64,000 nt of DNA from Chthonomonadales bacterium (GTDB taxonomy: Bacteria; Armatimonadota; Chthonomonadetes; Chthonomonadales; Chthonomonadaceae): the NCBI GenBank assembly GCA_038217285.1, contig JBBQPO010000001.1, forward strand, positions 22,264-86,263. Direction: 5' to 3'. Positions 47,878 through 58,146 of this stretch are shown here, one piece after another. A program made the position numbers and the translations under genes. Below the pieces are notes generated by a model. That model ran no database searches. It was not told the DNA's origin and saw only the letters and a list, made by a program, of their open reading frames with translations. Every line of letters begins with the position of its first letter. Position 1 is the first letter of the stretch.

Positions 47878-48993
47878 ATGCCGACAGTAGAAGGCCGTGC
47901 GGTCTTATTGAACGAGGCGGGAACTCCCGCCACCCTGGAAGATATCACCATCGAAGCGCCGGGTCCGGGCGAGGTTCTGGTAGGGATCGTGGCGAGCGGG
48001 GTCTGCCACACCGATCTGACCATCAAGAACCTCAAAGGTAACGGCATGCCGTTCCCGATCGTGCTGGGGCACGAAGGGGCAGGGTACGTGGAGCAAGTTG
48101 GGGAGGGGGTCACGCATCTGAAGGTAGGGGATCCGGTGGTGCTGGCCTATCGCGCGCCCTGCGAACAGTGCCCGGCCTGTCGGCGCGGCGACCCGCGCCA
48201 CTGCTACGCGGCCCTGAAACCGAAACAGCGGATACGGCGCAAACGCGACGGCGCGCTCTGTTCGCAGGTGCTGCGCTGCGGCACCTTCAGCACCCATACG
48301 GTCGTGCATAGCAAGGCCGCGATCAAGATGCCCGCCGCCATGCCGCTCGACAAGGCCTGCCTGATCGCCTGCGGCGTCATCACCGGCGTGGGCGCGACGA
48401 TGAATACGACCAAGGTCTGGCCCGGCGCACGCGTCGCCGTGGTCGGCTGCGGCGGTGTCGGGCTGAGCGTTATTCAAGGGGCGAGACTGGCTCATGCCGG
48501 AATGATCATCGCGGTCGATGTCAACCCCGTCAAGCTGGACTGGGCCAAAGAGTACGGCGCAACTCACTTCGTCAATGCGAAGGACGGCGATCCCGTGGCG
48601 GCCGTGCGCGCCCTGACGGAAGACGGCTGGGACGGCGGCGTCGAGTTCGCCTACGAGGCCACCGGCATACCGGCCTGTATCGAGCAGGCCGTCAAGATGC
48701 TCTCCTACAACGGCACGGCCACGACCATCGGCTTCCCCGCTGCCGCCGATGCCGTCACGCTGAACCTCGGCGACATGTCCACCGGGGTCTACTGGAACAA
48801 GACCGGGATCTGCGTCTGCCACGCCGGAGACACCCTCCCATCACACGACTTTCCTCTGCTGGCCCAGCTCTACCTGGACGGTCAGCTCAAGCTCGACGGC
48901 ATGGTTACCAATATCATCTCTCTCGACGAAGTCGAAGACGCTTTTCACGCCATGGAGACCGGCAACGTCATCCGCTCCGTCATCAAGATCTAG
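47878..48993 (+). CDS. Zinc-dependent alcohol dehydrogenase (class III / MscR-like)
   Basis: GVCHTD, GHEGAG, CEQCPACRRG...C, GCGGVG. AAGGAG RBS before MPTVEG. Confidence 0.9.
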   Translation: MPTVEGRAVLLNEAGTPATLEDITIEAPGPGEVLVGIVASGVCHTDLTIKNLKGNGMPFPIVLGHEGAGYVEQVGEGVTHLKVGDPVVLAYRAPCEQCPACRRGDPRHCYAALKPKQRIRRKRDGALCSQVLRCGTFSTHTVVHSKAAIKMPAAMPLDKACLIACGVITGVGATMNTTKVWPGARVAVVGCGGVGLSVIQGARLAHAGMIIAVDVNPVKLDWAKEYGATHFVNAKDGDPVAAVRALTEDGWDGGVEFAYEATGIPACIEQAVKMLSYNGTATTIGFPAAADAVTLNLGDMSTGVYWNKTGICVCHAGDTLPSHDFPLLAQLYLDGQLKLDGMVTNIISLDEVEDAFHAMETGNVIRSVIKI

Positions 48994-49032
48994 TTCGAAG
49001 CTGAAACTGGCTTCAAGGGGGCCCATACACTC

Positions 49033-49215
49033 ATGAAATGGAATAGCAAAACGTCCTGGAAATTACTCGCATTCGCTATCGTCACTCTGATGCTGGCAGG
49101 CTGCGGGAGCGGATCTTATACGACGGGCACGTCGTACACCTGTCATGACGGAACCATCACGGATAAAGCGGGCGGTTGCGATGCGCACGGTGGGGTTCAA
49201 TCAGTCCTGGGCTAA
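49033..49215 (+). CDS. Small lipoprotein with DUF3761-like Cys/His motif
   Basis: Lipobox LAGC and TCHDGT....GGCDAHGGV. Confidence 0.65.
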   Translation: MKWNSKTSWKLLAFAIVTLMLAGCGSGSYTTGTSYTCHDGTITDKAGGCDAHGGVQSVLG

Positions 49216-49263
49216 GAAGCCGCTCGGTTAGAGCAACTCTCTCTTCTATTCTTCCTGCGTGTT

Positions 49264-50532
49264 TCAGGAGACCAGGGAGTCGTAATGGGGAAGCGGCAGG
49301 AGGATGCCGCCGCTGGTAGAGTAGAAGAGAGAGTCGAGAGCGAAGACGCCGTGCCGCGATTCGGTCCAGGGCGCACCGGCGCAGGGATGGTAAGACTGCA
49401 TGCGGTCCCAGTCGCGGTAGTTCTGATGGCCGTTGGCTTCCAGCGCGCCGCCGGTGAGGCCGGGCAGGGGAGCGAGACGGGCCGCGAAGGTTTTGTTCCA
49501 ATCGACGAGGATGGGATTGACGGTCAGGTCGGCGCACAGGCAGGGAACGCCTGCCGCGTGGGCCACCTGCGCCATGCGAAAGCTCATGCTGAGAGTCTTG
49601 GCAGCCGGTTTCAAGGCGATGGCTCCGTAACCGAGCACTATACGCTCCGCCACGTCTCGGTCGGTGTGGGCGCTCTCGTCGGCGACCACGCGCACCGGCA
49701 CATCCGCTACATTCTCCTTGTTCTCCTCCGCAAACGGCTCTTCGAGCAGCACGGTCTGCGCCAGCGCGCCGCACGAGTCGAGCGCGTCCAGCAGTCGCAG
49801 CAGACGCGCCTTACTGTCGTAGCGTCCATTGGCATCCAGATAGTACCGGACGTGCGGATAGGGCTGCAGCGCGGCATGGAGGGCTCGCATGCGGGCGATG
49901 TCGCCGTTCAGCATCTTCGCGGGGTCACCGTCTTTTGCCGGATCCGAGCCGACCTTGATCTTGAACAGAGAGTATCCCTCTTCGGCCAGCCGCACGACCT
50001 CCGCGACCGCCAGCCCATAGCCGACCGCCGGAATGCTCAGAACCTCGTGGTGTCGATACGACAGGGCAGGCCGGGCGAAATCCGGAATAAGGGCGTCGAA
50101 ATCGGAGAGTGCCTGTTCCGCGGCGTAGAGCCGCCAGGCCGCATTATCGACCGCGACCAGCGCGTTCAGCACAAAAGTCAGACGCAGATGCGGGTTGCCC
50201 GTAATCGCCTTGCCGTATTCAAAAGTAGGCGGCACGAGAGCGTCGAGCAGATCCAGAGGCGTCTCGAACGCTTTGCCCTCCGCCGCCCGTAGGGCAAACG
50301 CGGTGAGGAGCAGCATGAGGGCGTTGCCGCCCGCCTCGGAGTTGGCGGCGAACACTTTTGGGTCCGACCAGAGTGTGCTCTGCACCCCCAGCCCGACCCC
50401 ACGGTTTCCGCTCTCGCTGGTGAGGAGGGCGATGGTCTGCCAGAGCTCGGTGAGAAAACCGCCTTTGAAGCCGAAGGGCGTCGCCAGCGGCTCTCGTTCG
50501 AAATTCAAATTGGTGCGGGTTATTCGGATCAT
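49264..50532 (-). CDS. Enolase superfamily protein (mandelate racemase/epimerase-like)
   Basis: FKIKVG (KxK), YLDANG, LEEP, ADES, ALKP. Confidence 0.85.
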   Translation of the reverse strand: MIRITRTNLNFEREPLATPFGFKGGFLTELWQTIALLTSESGNRGVGLGVQSTLWSDPKVFAANSEAGGNALMLLLTAFALRAAEGKAFETPLDLLDALVPPTFEYGKAITGNPHLRLTFVLNALVAVDNAAWRLYAAEQALSDFDALIPDFARPALSYRHHEVLSIPAVGYGLAVAEVVRLAEEGYSLFKIKVGSDPAKDGDPAKMLNGDIARMRALHAALQPYPHVRYYLDANGRYDSKARLLRLLDALDSCGALAQTVLLEEPFAEENKENVADVPVRVVADESAHTDRDVAERIVLGYGAIALKPAAKTLSMSFRMAQVAHAAGVPCLCADLTVNPILVDWNKTFAARLAPLPGLTGGALEANGHQNYRDWDRMQSYHPCAGAPWTESRHGVFALDSLFYSTSGGILLPLPHYDSLVS

Positions 50533-50536
50533 AGGC

Positions 50537-51802
50537 TCAGGGCGTCTTCTTCTCACCGTTCGTAATCGGCAGCGGTGGCTGACTGGGCAGGCCGTAACCT
50601 GCGTTGCTGTTCTGCTGTCCCTGACCGCCGACCTGCGACGTCGAATAGGCGTTGCTGCCGAAAATCACACGGGGCGAGGTAGAATTGAAAAAAATCTGAA
50701 AGTCGGGCATGGCGCTCACATAGACACTCGTGCCCAGCCAGCGCCAGTTCAGGCGGGTGGCCTGCGTAAGAACATTCAGGGCTTCCGGCAGTGTGCGCGG
50801 CGTAATGTGGCCCTGCAGGTTGAACTTTGGACCCGTCGGGACGCTCGGATCGATCAGAATACGTGTGTTCGACTGCCGTCCCAACTCCTGTAACACGTCG
50901 GTGACGACGGCCTTCTGCCCACCTGTGTTGATATAGACGAGCCCGTTCTGCTGCAGATAGGCGCGGTAGTTGTCGGGGTTTTGCAACTCGTTGTTGTTCT
51001 GCGGATTCAGCCCGAAGATATCCGCCAGATCCCGCGCGGTCAGATAGTTCAGATTGGCTGTCAGACCGTTCGACGTGGCGTCTTCTTTTGCAACAGATCT
51101 GTTGGTTATGGAGGGCACCAACTGAGTCCGTCTTGTTCCAGAGAGGGTGTTGGGATTGACTGCCCCGGCTTCGCCTCCTCCTCTTCCAACCACCGAACCC
51201 ACGCCCCCCCCAAAACCGGAACCGGCAGAAAGACTGCCCCGATTTTGCGCGACACCGGCGACCTTCTTATCTCTCTGTGCCACCCCGTTCGTTACCATGT
51301 CCAGGGGGCCGTCTTCCGGAAGGCTCAGGCCGACGGTACGCAACTGCTGGCGCAGCAGAGCGTCCAGGTCTTTGATGCGCATAATGGCGGCCTTTATAGC
51401 CTGCGTGTCCTGCTCGAAGACATAGATCCCTTTGGCGTCCTTATGATAGCGGATCAGCAACGACTTGCAGACGGCGTCGAGCGTGGTCGAAAACGACTGG
51501 TTCGACAGGTGCATCGTCACCTGCCCGACGACAACGTTGTTATCGGCCGTGAACTGGGCGTTGGCCTGATTGAAGAGCGCTTTCAGCACACTCTGGGCAT
51601 CGGCATGGTCCGCATCTACCGAGAACTTTTCCGCCGTGCCCGTCACCTGGAGCTTCGCGAGGGGAGCCGCATAGGGGGCGTTGGCAGCCTGCGGTTCCGT
51701 CGTCCGCTCGGCCTGGGCCAAACCGCTCAGCCCGCACAGAGCCAGGATAGCGCCGAGCGCCGTGAGGTTGCGCCCGCAACGCGAGGAGGTGGAAATGTCC
51801 AT
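50537..51802 (-). CDS. Secreted protein with two STN/secretin-N0-like domains and no beta-barrel
   Basis: Signal peptide. FSVDADHADAQSVLKALF...VTMHLSNQSFSTTLDAVC and VTDVLQELGRQSNTRILID...TLPEALNVLT..TRLNW. Confidence 0.55.
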   Translation of the reverse strand: MDISTSSRCGRNLTALGAILALCGLSGLAQAERTTEPQAANAPYAAPLAKLQVTGTAEKFSVDADHADAQSVLKALFNQANAQFTADNNVVVGQVTMHLSNQSFSTTLDAVCKSLLIRYHKDAKGIYVFEQDTQAIKAAIMRIKDLDALLRQQLRTVGLSLPEDGPLDMVTNGVAQRDKKVAGVAQNRGSLSAGSGFGGGVGSVVGRGGGEAGAVNPNTLSGTRRTQLVPSITNRSVAKEDATSNGLTANLNYLTARDLADIFGLNPQNNNELQNPDNYRAYLQQNGLVYINTGGQKAVVTDVLQELGRQSNTRILIDPSVPTGPKFNLQGHITPRTLPEALNVLTQATRLNWRWLGTSVYVSAMPDFQIFFNSTSPRVIFGSNAYSTSQVGGQGQQNSNAGYGLPSQPPLPITNGEKKTP

Positions 51803-51829
51803 GTTACTGTCCTTATGGTAAATCAATGC

Positions 51830-52831
51830 TCAGTTCCCGTCCGCTTCCACATGGACCGTGCTATTGCCGTCCTGCACTTCGACGTCACTGGCGACCCGAG
51901 TCATATTGCTGAACCCGCGCACCTGATCCGTCACCACCAGGCTGACTCCCGCTTCCCCTGGCGTGACATCCGCAAGCGGTTGCAGTTCCGCCTTTCGATT
52001 CATTGAATTTAATCCCAGCGCTCGTTCAGACGGACTGTTCTCTTGTACCGCAAACGATGTCATCAGATTTTTTGCCAGGGTCGCGACATCGGGCCGACTC
52101 TCCGGAGATTTCATAGAAGCATATCGGTCGTGCGCCTTGTCCGCATCCGCCAACAGGACGGGAGTCAACTGCGGGAGTCGCGCAGGGCGTCTGCTCACCA
52201 TCAAACGCCCCGACTCTCCCCGCCGCCGCCGCAATGTCTCCTTTGCCCTACCCTCGGCCATCCTTCCCCCCTCACGCTCAAGACCGGGCAGTCCGGGCCG
52301 TGGCGTCAGCTTGAAATCCGGTACGTTTTCGTCCGGTAGTTTTGTGGGTGATGACGCCGATGGCAGCGTAGAGACAAGGGCCGCAAGGGGCGGCGGAGTG
52401 GCCCGGACTACGGTCCCATTTTCCGGGCCGGGTTGCGGGATAAACAGGGTTTTCAGCGCGGGGCGTACCAGGATCAGCGCCAGACCGCAGACGGCCACGG
52501 CGGAGAGCGCCAGCGGTCGACCGTACCGGCGCGGCTGGCGGTGTTCTGCTGCGAGGCGGCCATAGAAACCGGCGCGCAGGTCTCCCGCAGGCGGAATCTG
52601 GGTGGAGGCAGTCAGCAGTGCGCCTTCTGCGCTGCGGCAGAGCGTCAATTCCCGACGGCACGATTCGCAGCCGTCCAGATGCGCCTGAACGTCTGTGCGT
52701 TCCGGTGTCGGCAGCGATCCCTCCGCGAAGTCCCACTCCCTGGCCCGAACATCGGCACAGGTCAGGGCGACGGGCGTACCGGCGTCAGCGCGCGCGTTTC
52801 GCGGCGTTGGTCTGGCGTCCTTCCGATGCAT
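51830..52831 (-). CDS. Zinc-binding (zf-HC2/ZAS) anti-sigma factor, single TM
   Basis: C..VR...HLDGCESC (HxxxCxxC), then a TM helix. Directly follows the ECF sigma gene. Confidence 0.82.
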   Translation of the reverse strand: MHRKDARPTPRNARADAGTPVALTCADVRAREWDFAEGSLPTPERTDVQAHLDGCESCRRELTLCRSAEGALLTASTQIPPAGDLRAGFYGRLAAEHRQPRRYGRPLALSAVAVCGLALILVRPALKTLFIPQPGPENGTVVRATPPPLAALVSTLPSASSPTKLPDENVPDFKLTPRPGLPGLEREGGRMAEGRAKETLRRRRGESGRLMVSRRPARLPQLTPVLLADADKAHDRYASMKSPESRPDVATLAKNLMTSFAVQENSPSERALGLNSMNRKAELQPLADVTPGEAGVSLVVTDQVRGFSNMTRVASDVEVQDGNSTVHVEADGN

Positions 52832-53465
52832 CCACCCCGTAAGTCGCAATGTAGTTCTCCTTGAAAGTCTGGCGGGCGCGGTGCAGCCGCACCTTCGCCG
52901 CCGCCACCGTACAGCCCACCGTCTCAGCGATTTCCTCGACCGAAAGCCCTTGATAGTAGCGCAGAACCAGGATGTCTCGTCCGGCTACCGGGCAGCGCAT
53001 CAGCACAGTCTGCACCGCTTCCTTCTCCATACTACGCTCGAACGCATACTCGGGCTCCCCTTCCGGAGGCGCGGCGCGTCCCAGCATGGTCGGATCTTCC
53101 AGAAGCGGCAGAAACCGCCATCGTCGCGCACCGCGCGCCGCATCGACGCCGCGATTGACGGCGATTCGGTAGAGCCAAGTCGCAAAGCGGGCTCCCTGTC
53201 GGAAGCCGCCCAGCGATTTATAGACCTGCAGAAACACATCCTGTGTCAGGTCTCGGGCCTCTTCTGCGCTGCCGACAATACCATAAAGGATATTGTAGAC
53301 GTAGTCCTGGTATTTGAGGAACAGCGCATCGAAGGCGGACGTGTCGCCGCTCAGAAAGCGGGCGACGAGTCGGCTGTCGTCGTCGGTCGTCACCGTCCGC
53401 TCCCCGTTCCTCGGTGTTCCCCACGCCAGTATACCGGCTTCTTGATTCGCCAAGGGCGTATCCAT
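52785..53465 (-). CDS. ECF sigma-70 factor
   Basis: DLTQDVFL, FATWLYRIAVN, LRYYQGLSVEEIAETVG....KVRLHRAR. Start uncertain. Confidence 0.92.
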   Translation of the reverse strand: MDTPLANQEAGILAWGTPRNGERTVTTDDDSRLVARFLSGDTSAFDALFLKYQDYVYNILYGIVGSAEEARDLTQDVFLQVYKSLGGFRQGARFATWLYRIAVNRGVDAARGARRWRFLPLLEDPTMLGRAAPPEGEPEYAFERSMEKEAVQTVLMRCPVAGRDILVLRYYQGLSVEEIAETVGCTVAAAKVRLHRARQTFKENYIATYGVDASEGRQTNAAKRAR

Positions 53466-53521
53466 CGCCGGCCCACAGGGACACGGCTCAGTTTCACAGA
53501 TTTTCCAACAGTCTCGGCCAT

Positions 53522-53549
53522 TAGACGCCTTGTCCCCAAGAAAGGTTAC
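53522..53549 (-). promoter_or_regulatory. ECF-type promoter upstream of the sigma gene, probable autoregulation
   Basis: Minus strand GTAACC-N16-CGTCTA, matching the AAC/CGT pattern of ECF promoters. Confidence 0.65.
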
Positions 53550-53873
53550 GTTCCCGCCATCCCGCGCCAAAGCCGCCTCTCTCTGCCCGCATAAAGCCAG
53601 CGCACCGCGTGAAATTTCGAAGCCGACATGCGATGTATTAGCACGTCCAATAGTATGAGCCAAGAGCGAAGCCTGAGCTTGCAGGTTTTCGCGTGGAGAA
53701 GAGGGAATACGCTCCCAATCTCTGCCATCCTAACCGGTTGGTATTCTGTCTCACTGCTCCTCCGGACAAAGCCCACAGCAGAACCGAGCGATTAGCCGCA
53801 TGAAAACCAGTATCGAAAATGCCGAGAATGAGCGTCTGCAAAGGAAGTTTACCGCTTGCAAGGAGATGAACTG

Positions 53874-56192
53874 ATGAAACGACCCTCGAATCTGATATTG
53901 GTTCTGTGTGCTTTCACCGTGGTGGCAGTTCTGTCCCACTCCCATCGGGCCACAGCACAGACAGGCGTTCGGCCAAATCCGGGGAACAAAATCCTCGTCA
54001 CGATGACTTCAACGCCATCTTCCTTAGTTTCAGGAACGACCACCCTTACGGCGTCTGCACCCGGAGCGGCGAGTGTAGATTACTGGATTGCAGGCCATTC
54101 CCGTGTGAGCGGAGCCCTGCCGACCGCGCCTCCGTTTACCACGAATGTCGATACGAAACTGCTCTGGGACGGACCCGTGCAGGTCGTTGCCGTTGCCCGC
54201 GATTCGGGAGGCAATATCAGCGGGCAGAGCCTGCCGGTTACGCTAAATGTCGCCAACGGCCGCAAAACCAGGGTGCGACACCTCTCCCCTGATTTCTCCA
54301 GGCCGCTTTCCGGCACGATCTCCTGGAGCGTGTCCGCCAGCGATCCTCGCGGGCTTCAGGCGTTTATCTACTTTGTCGATGGAAAACAGGTTCAACTTGA
54401 CTACGTGCAGGGGGATTCGGCGACTCACACGAGCTCCTTCGATACAACCCGTCTGTCAAACGGAAACCACAACTTCTATGTTCAGATCGTCCCTAACGTC
54501 AATTACCTCGATAGTGGGCACACCTCATTTGTCGGGACGGTCAGCAACACCGCGCGCCCCCTCGAGTTGAGAAGCCGTTTCCACGATGTGTTCCTACAAC
54601 CGGGCCAGACAGCTATGCTCACTGCGCGTCTGGTCGCCAGCGACGGTTCGGAACAGCCTGCAACGGCGACGTTCTCCAGCGACAAACCAACTATCGCGCG
54701 GGTGACTCCGGAGGGCCTGGTGACGGCGATGGCGGAGGGTGTGGCGAAGGTTACGCTATCCGCTGGGGGCAAAGCGACCACAACACGCATTGTGGTGAGC
54801 TCTCAGGAGGGGTTTCCACACTTCACCAGGAGCGGCCAGATCGTCTGGACCTATCAGCCTGGCAAATCGCTCTGGGTTCGCACCCTTTTCAATACAAGTG
54901 GATTACAACTCCAGATGAATGCCGCGATGGCACCCACCATGCACGCAGCCGGAGTGAACACCATCTCTTCAAATTTCTACTTCAATCCTGTGGACAACCT
55001 GCGCTCCTTTCCGGATTTTGCGAGTTGGAAATCCACTGCGGGAGCCGCGCTTGATAGTCGACTGGATACGATCAAAAAAGCGGGGTTCTGCATGCTTGGC
55101 ATTGGTGACGATGTGCAGAGGTCTCCCGGCGAGCTAAACAACACCCTCACAAATCCATGGGCGGCGGATGCGCTGAAGTACACTTTCAGCAAGATGGCTC
55201 AGGCAGGCAACGTCGTCTCTCTTGAGATGCAGGACGAGGTGGGCGGGGCGCAGGTGCCGGACGACTTTCGAAAGGTCATGGCGGTATTGAACGCTGCCGG
55301 ACCGCATCCACCGGTGTGCTGGCCGCCTGCCGGACTTCAGGGGCCAGATGTGAGCGCAGCCTGGATGGGTGACCCGAAGATGTCTGATTACACATCCTGG
55401 TACTGGACCTATCCCACGCCGTGGCGGATGGCCTTTCCATGGGGAGCCGGCCTCGTCCAAACAAAAATCGATCTCGACAAAGTTGCTGTCGACCGTCTTA
55501 CGGCTGTGCAGATGAACAGGCCGAAGTACCTCCTTGTTGGGGCAATGGGGCCGTCCTATCTCAAACGTGTCGCTGGCGGTGATTACCAGCCATGTCAGGA
55601 TCAACTTCAGGCTTCGGGCTCGATACCCGACGGCATTACCTCTCAGATCCTCTATGCGGCGGCGGAAGGGATGTCTGGCGTGCGGGTGTATGGATATGAC
55701 GGCATTCCAGGGACGAACGACGGCCTCTGGAATGACCAGCGTCTCAAGGCTTCCATCGGGCAAGGAGAGTTACAGACCGGTGCCACTCCGTTCGGCAGCA
55801 ACCAGTTGACCAAGGACCGCTGGACGGCTATCAGCAACGCGTTCCGCCTTGCCCAGGCGCTCGAACCTTACTTCCTATCGCCGCAAATCAACGCCATCGA
55901 TCTAGGTCCGGAAGTTGCGACGGGGGGGCGGCAGGCAAAAACGAGCCGTATGCTGGTGGTAATCAACCTCTCCGATGGCACCAAGTCCCTGAAAATCGAT
56001 CTGACATCCTATCGTTACTCTGGTGCGAAAACCGTAGCGCGCTATCATGTAGTCGGTCTGCTTTCGACCTCCGAACCGGCTGCCAATGATACGACCCAAA
56101 CCGTCACGATAGCGCCCGGCGAGTCGATCCTCTGGATATTCACTCCGTCCGCCTCTGGACGGCGATCAGATGTAAAGATGCCATCGAAATAG
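53874..56192 (+). CDS. Secreted protein with Ig-like (Big) domains and an uncharacterised, possibly glycoside hydrolase, domain
   Basis: Signal peptide, YFVDGK..FDTTRLSNGNH (Big_7-like), FSSDKPTIARVTPEGLVTA..EG (Big_2-like), then an alpha/beta domain with EMQDEV. Confidence 0.6.
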   Translation: MKRPSNLILVLCAFTVVAVLSHSHRATAQTGVRPNPGNKILVTMTSTPSSLVSGTTTLTASAPGAASVDYWIAGHSRVSGALPTAPPFTTNVDTKLLWDGPVQVVAVARDSGGNISGQSLPVTLNVANGRKTRVRHLSPDFSRPLSGTISWSVSASDPRGLQAFIYFVDGKQVQLDYVQGDSATHTSSFDTTRLSNGNHNFYVQIVPNVNYLDSGHTSFVGTVSNTARPLELRSRFHDVFLQPGQTAMLTARLVASDGSEQPATATFSSDKPTIARVTPEGLVTAMAEGVAKVTLSAGGKATTTRIVVSSQEGFPHFTRSGQIVWTYQPGKSLWVRTLFNTSGLQLQMNAAMAPTMHAAGVNTISSNFYFNPVDNLRSFPDFASWKSTAGAALDSRLDTIKKAGFCMLGIGDDVQRSPGELNNTLTNPWAADALKYTFSKMAQAGNVVSLEMQDEVGGAQVPDDFRKVMAVLNAAGPHPPVCWPPAGLQGPDVSAAWMGDPKMSDYTSWYWTYPTPWRMAFPWGAGLVQTKIDLDKVAVDRLTAVQMNRPKYLLVGAMGPSYLKRVAGGDYQPCQDQLQASGSIPDGITSQILYAAAEGMSGVRVYGYDGIPGTNDGLWNDQRLKASIGQGELQTGATPFGSNQLTKDRWTAISNAFRLAQALEPYFLSPQINAIDLGPEVATGGRQAKTSRMLVVINLSDGTKSLKIDLTSYRYSGAKTVARYHVVGLLSTSEPAANDTTQTVTIAPGESILWIFTPSASGRRSDVKMPSK

Positions 56193-56314
56193 AAAAGTGA
56201 GCGCAAAACGGTTCGGAAATTCACATTTTTAGCGCTGTAGAGAAAACGTATGCAACCCTCTGGCCGCCGCTCGATCCTGCCCGACCCTGAACTTTTCGAC
56301 ACCAAGGAGATATC

Positions 56315-57325
56315 ATGAGCCTCAAGATACTGTTTATCGGCGGCACCGGCATTATCAGCTCCGCCTGCTCCGCGCTGGCGATAGAGAACGGCTTCGATCT
56401 CTATTTGCTTAATCGCGGTCGCACCTCGTCGCGCCCGGTCCCTGCCGGAGCCACGGTGCTGAACGGCGACATTCGGGACACCGCTTCCGCGCGTGCCGCT
56501 CTGGAGGGCCACACCTTCGACGCGGTCGTCGACTGGATCGCCTTCACCCCGGAGCACATCGAGACCGACCTGGAACTGTTCCACGGCCGAACCGGGCAGT
56601 ATGTGTTCATCAGCTCCGCGTCCGCCTATCAGACGCCTCCGGCGAGCCTGCCGGTGACGGAATCGACGGTGCTGGCCAACCCTTTCTGGCCCTACTCCCG
56701 CAACAAGATCGCCTGCGAAGAGCGTCTAGTGCGCGCCTATCGCGAACAGAACTTCCCCGCGACCATCGTCCGCCCGTCGCATACCTACGACAAAACGCTT
56801 CTGCCCATGGACGGAGGCTACACGGCCATCGATCGGATGCGGCGGGGCAAGCCGGTCGTGGTTCACGGCGACGGCAGCTCTCTCTGGACGCTGACGCACC
56901 ACCGGGACTTCGCCAAAGGACTGGTGGGCTTGCTGGGCAATCATCATGCTATCGGGGAGGCGTTTCATATCACCTCGGACGAGGTGGTCACCTGGAACCA
57001 GATCTTCCGGATCTTTGCCGAGGCCGCAGGCGTCTCCTCCCCGACCCTGGTCCACATCCCCTCAGACGTCATCGCCGCCTACGACTCGCGGTGGGGGGAG
57101 GGCCTGCTGGGAGACAAAGCGCACAGCATGATCTTTGACAACAGCAAGATCAAACGCTTCGTGCCGGGCTTTGCGGCCACAATCCCGCTCTCCTGGGGCG
57201 CGAAAGAGGTGCTGGCCTGGTACGACGCTGACCCCACGCGACAGACCGTAGACGCCCGCATGGACGGCCTGATGGACACTCTGATTGAAGCACAAACGCG
57301 CGCACTTCCTACAAAGGGAGAGTGA
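56315..57325 (+). CDS. NAD-dependent epimerase/dehydratase
   Basis: IGGTGIIS, FISSASAY, YSRNK, VRPSHTY. Confidence 0.9.
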   Translation: MSLKILFIGGTGIISSACSALAIENGFDLYLLNRGRTSSRPVPAGATVLNGDIRDTASARAALEGHTFDAVVDWIAFTPEHIETDLELFHGRTGQYVFISSASAYQTPPASLPVTESTVLANPFWPYSRNKIACEERLVRAYREQNFPATIVRPSHTYDKTLLPMDGGYTAIDRMRRGKPVVVHGDGSSLWTLTHHRDFAKGLVGLLGNHHAIGEAFHITSDEVVTWNQIFRIFAEAAGVSSPTLVHIPSDVIAAYDSRWGEGLLGDKAHSMIFDNSKIKRFVPGFAATIPLSWGAKEVLAWYDADPTRQTVDARMDGLMDTLIEAQTRALPTKGE

Positions 57326-57420
57326 AGACGGATAACTGGCGGGAACCCGGCGCATATCTCCTGTGTCTATAGCGTGAAGATCCGAACTCTCACCCTTCCA
57401 GCCAGGAAAGGAAAACTCCG

Positions 57421-58038
57421 ATGAAACAGTTGATCCCGTGTTGCATCCTCGCTTGCGTCGCCCTCACGTCTGTCGCTCCAGCGCAGCGCTCCCAGCACGC
57501 CGGGATGTCCGGAATGCACGGCGGGCACAAGGGCATGGCGATGCGCCTCCGCCCCTCCATGCCTATGGGAATGAGCGGTATGCAGGCTCTCCAGGGGCTT
57601 TCGGGGAAGAAGTTCGATATCGCCTTTATGTCGCAGATGATCGCGCATCATCGGGGCGCGATCAACATGGCGCAGCAGGCGCTCAAGATCACCAGGCTCG
57701 CCGAGGTCCATAAAGAGGCGAAGATGATCGTGATCGGTCAGACGAAGGAGATCGCGACGATGTCGGCCTGGCTGCGAAAATGGTACGGGGTCAAGCCGTC
57801 GCCGGAGCAGATGGCACTGATGAAAGCCGATATGAAGGCCATGATGTCCATGAAGATCACGACGGATCGGATATTTCTGGAGAGGATGATCCCGCACCAT
57901 CAAGGTGCCATCGACATGAGTCGTCTGGCCCTCAAACAAGGCGGCAAACCGGAGCTAAAACAGATGGCGCAGGACACGATCTGGGCGCAGGGGATGGAGA
58001 TCGCCCGCTACAAGGAGCTTTTGCACCACGTGCATTAG
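57421..58038 (+). CDS. DUF305 (CopM-like) secreted Met/His-rich protein
   Basis: Two MIxHHxGAIxM repeats, signal peptide, Met-rich. Confidence 0.88.
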   Translation: MKQLIPCCILACVALTSVAPAQRSQHAGMSGMHGGHKGMAMRLRPSMPMGMSGMQALQGLSGKKFDIAFMSQMIAHHRGAINMAQQALKITRLAEVHKEAKMIVIGQTKEIATMSAWLRKWYGVKPSPEQMALMKADMKAMMSMKITTDRIFLERMIPHHQGAIDMSRLALKQGGKPELKQMAQDTIWAQGMEIARYKELLHHVH

Positions 58039-58146
58039 CGATGGGGCAGGAGACGGCTCTTGGGAGTCCTGCTGGTCGTCGCCCGCCCGTTCGCACGCGA
58101 CAATAGCTGTCGGGCGGCGCAAATGGTGAAAACTCTGCGCGGATGA

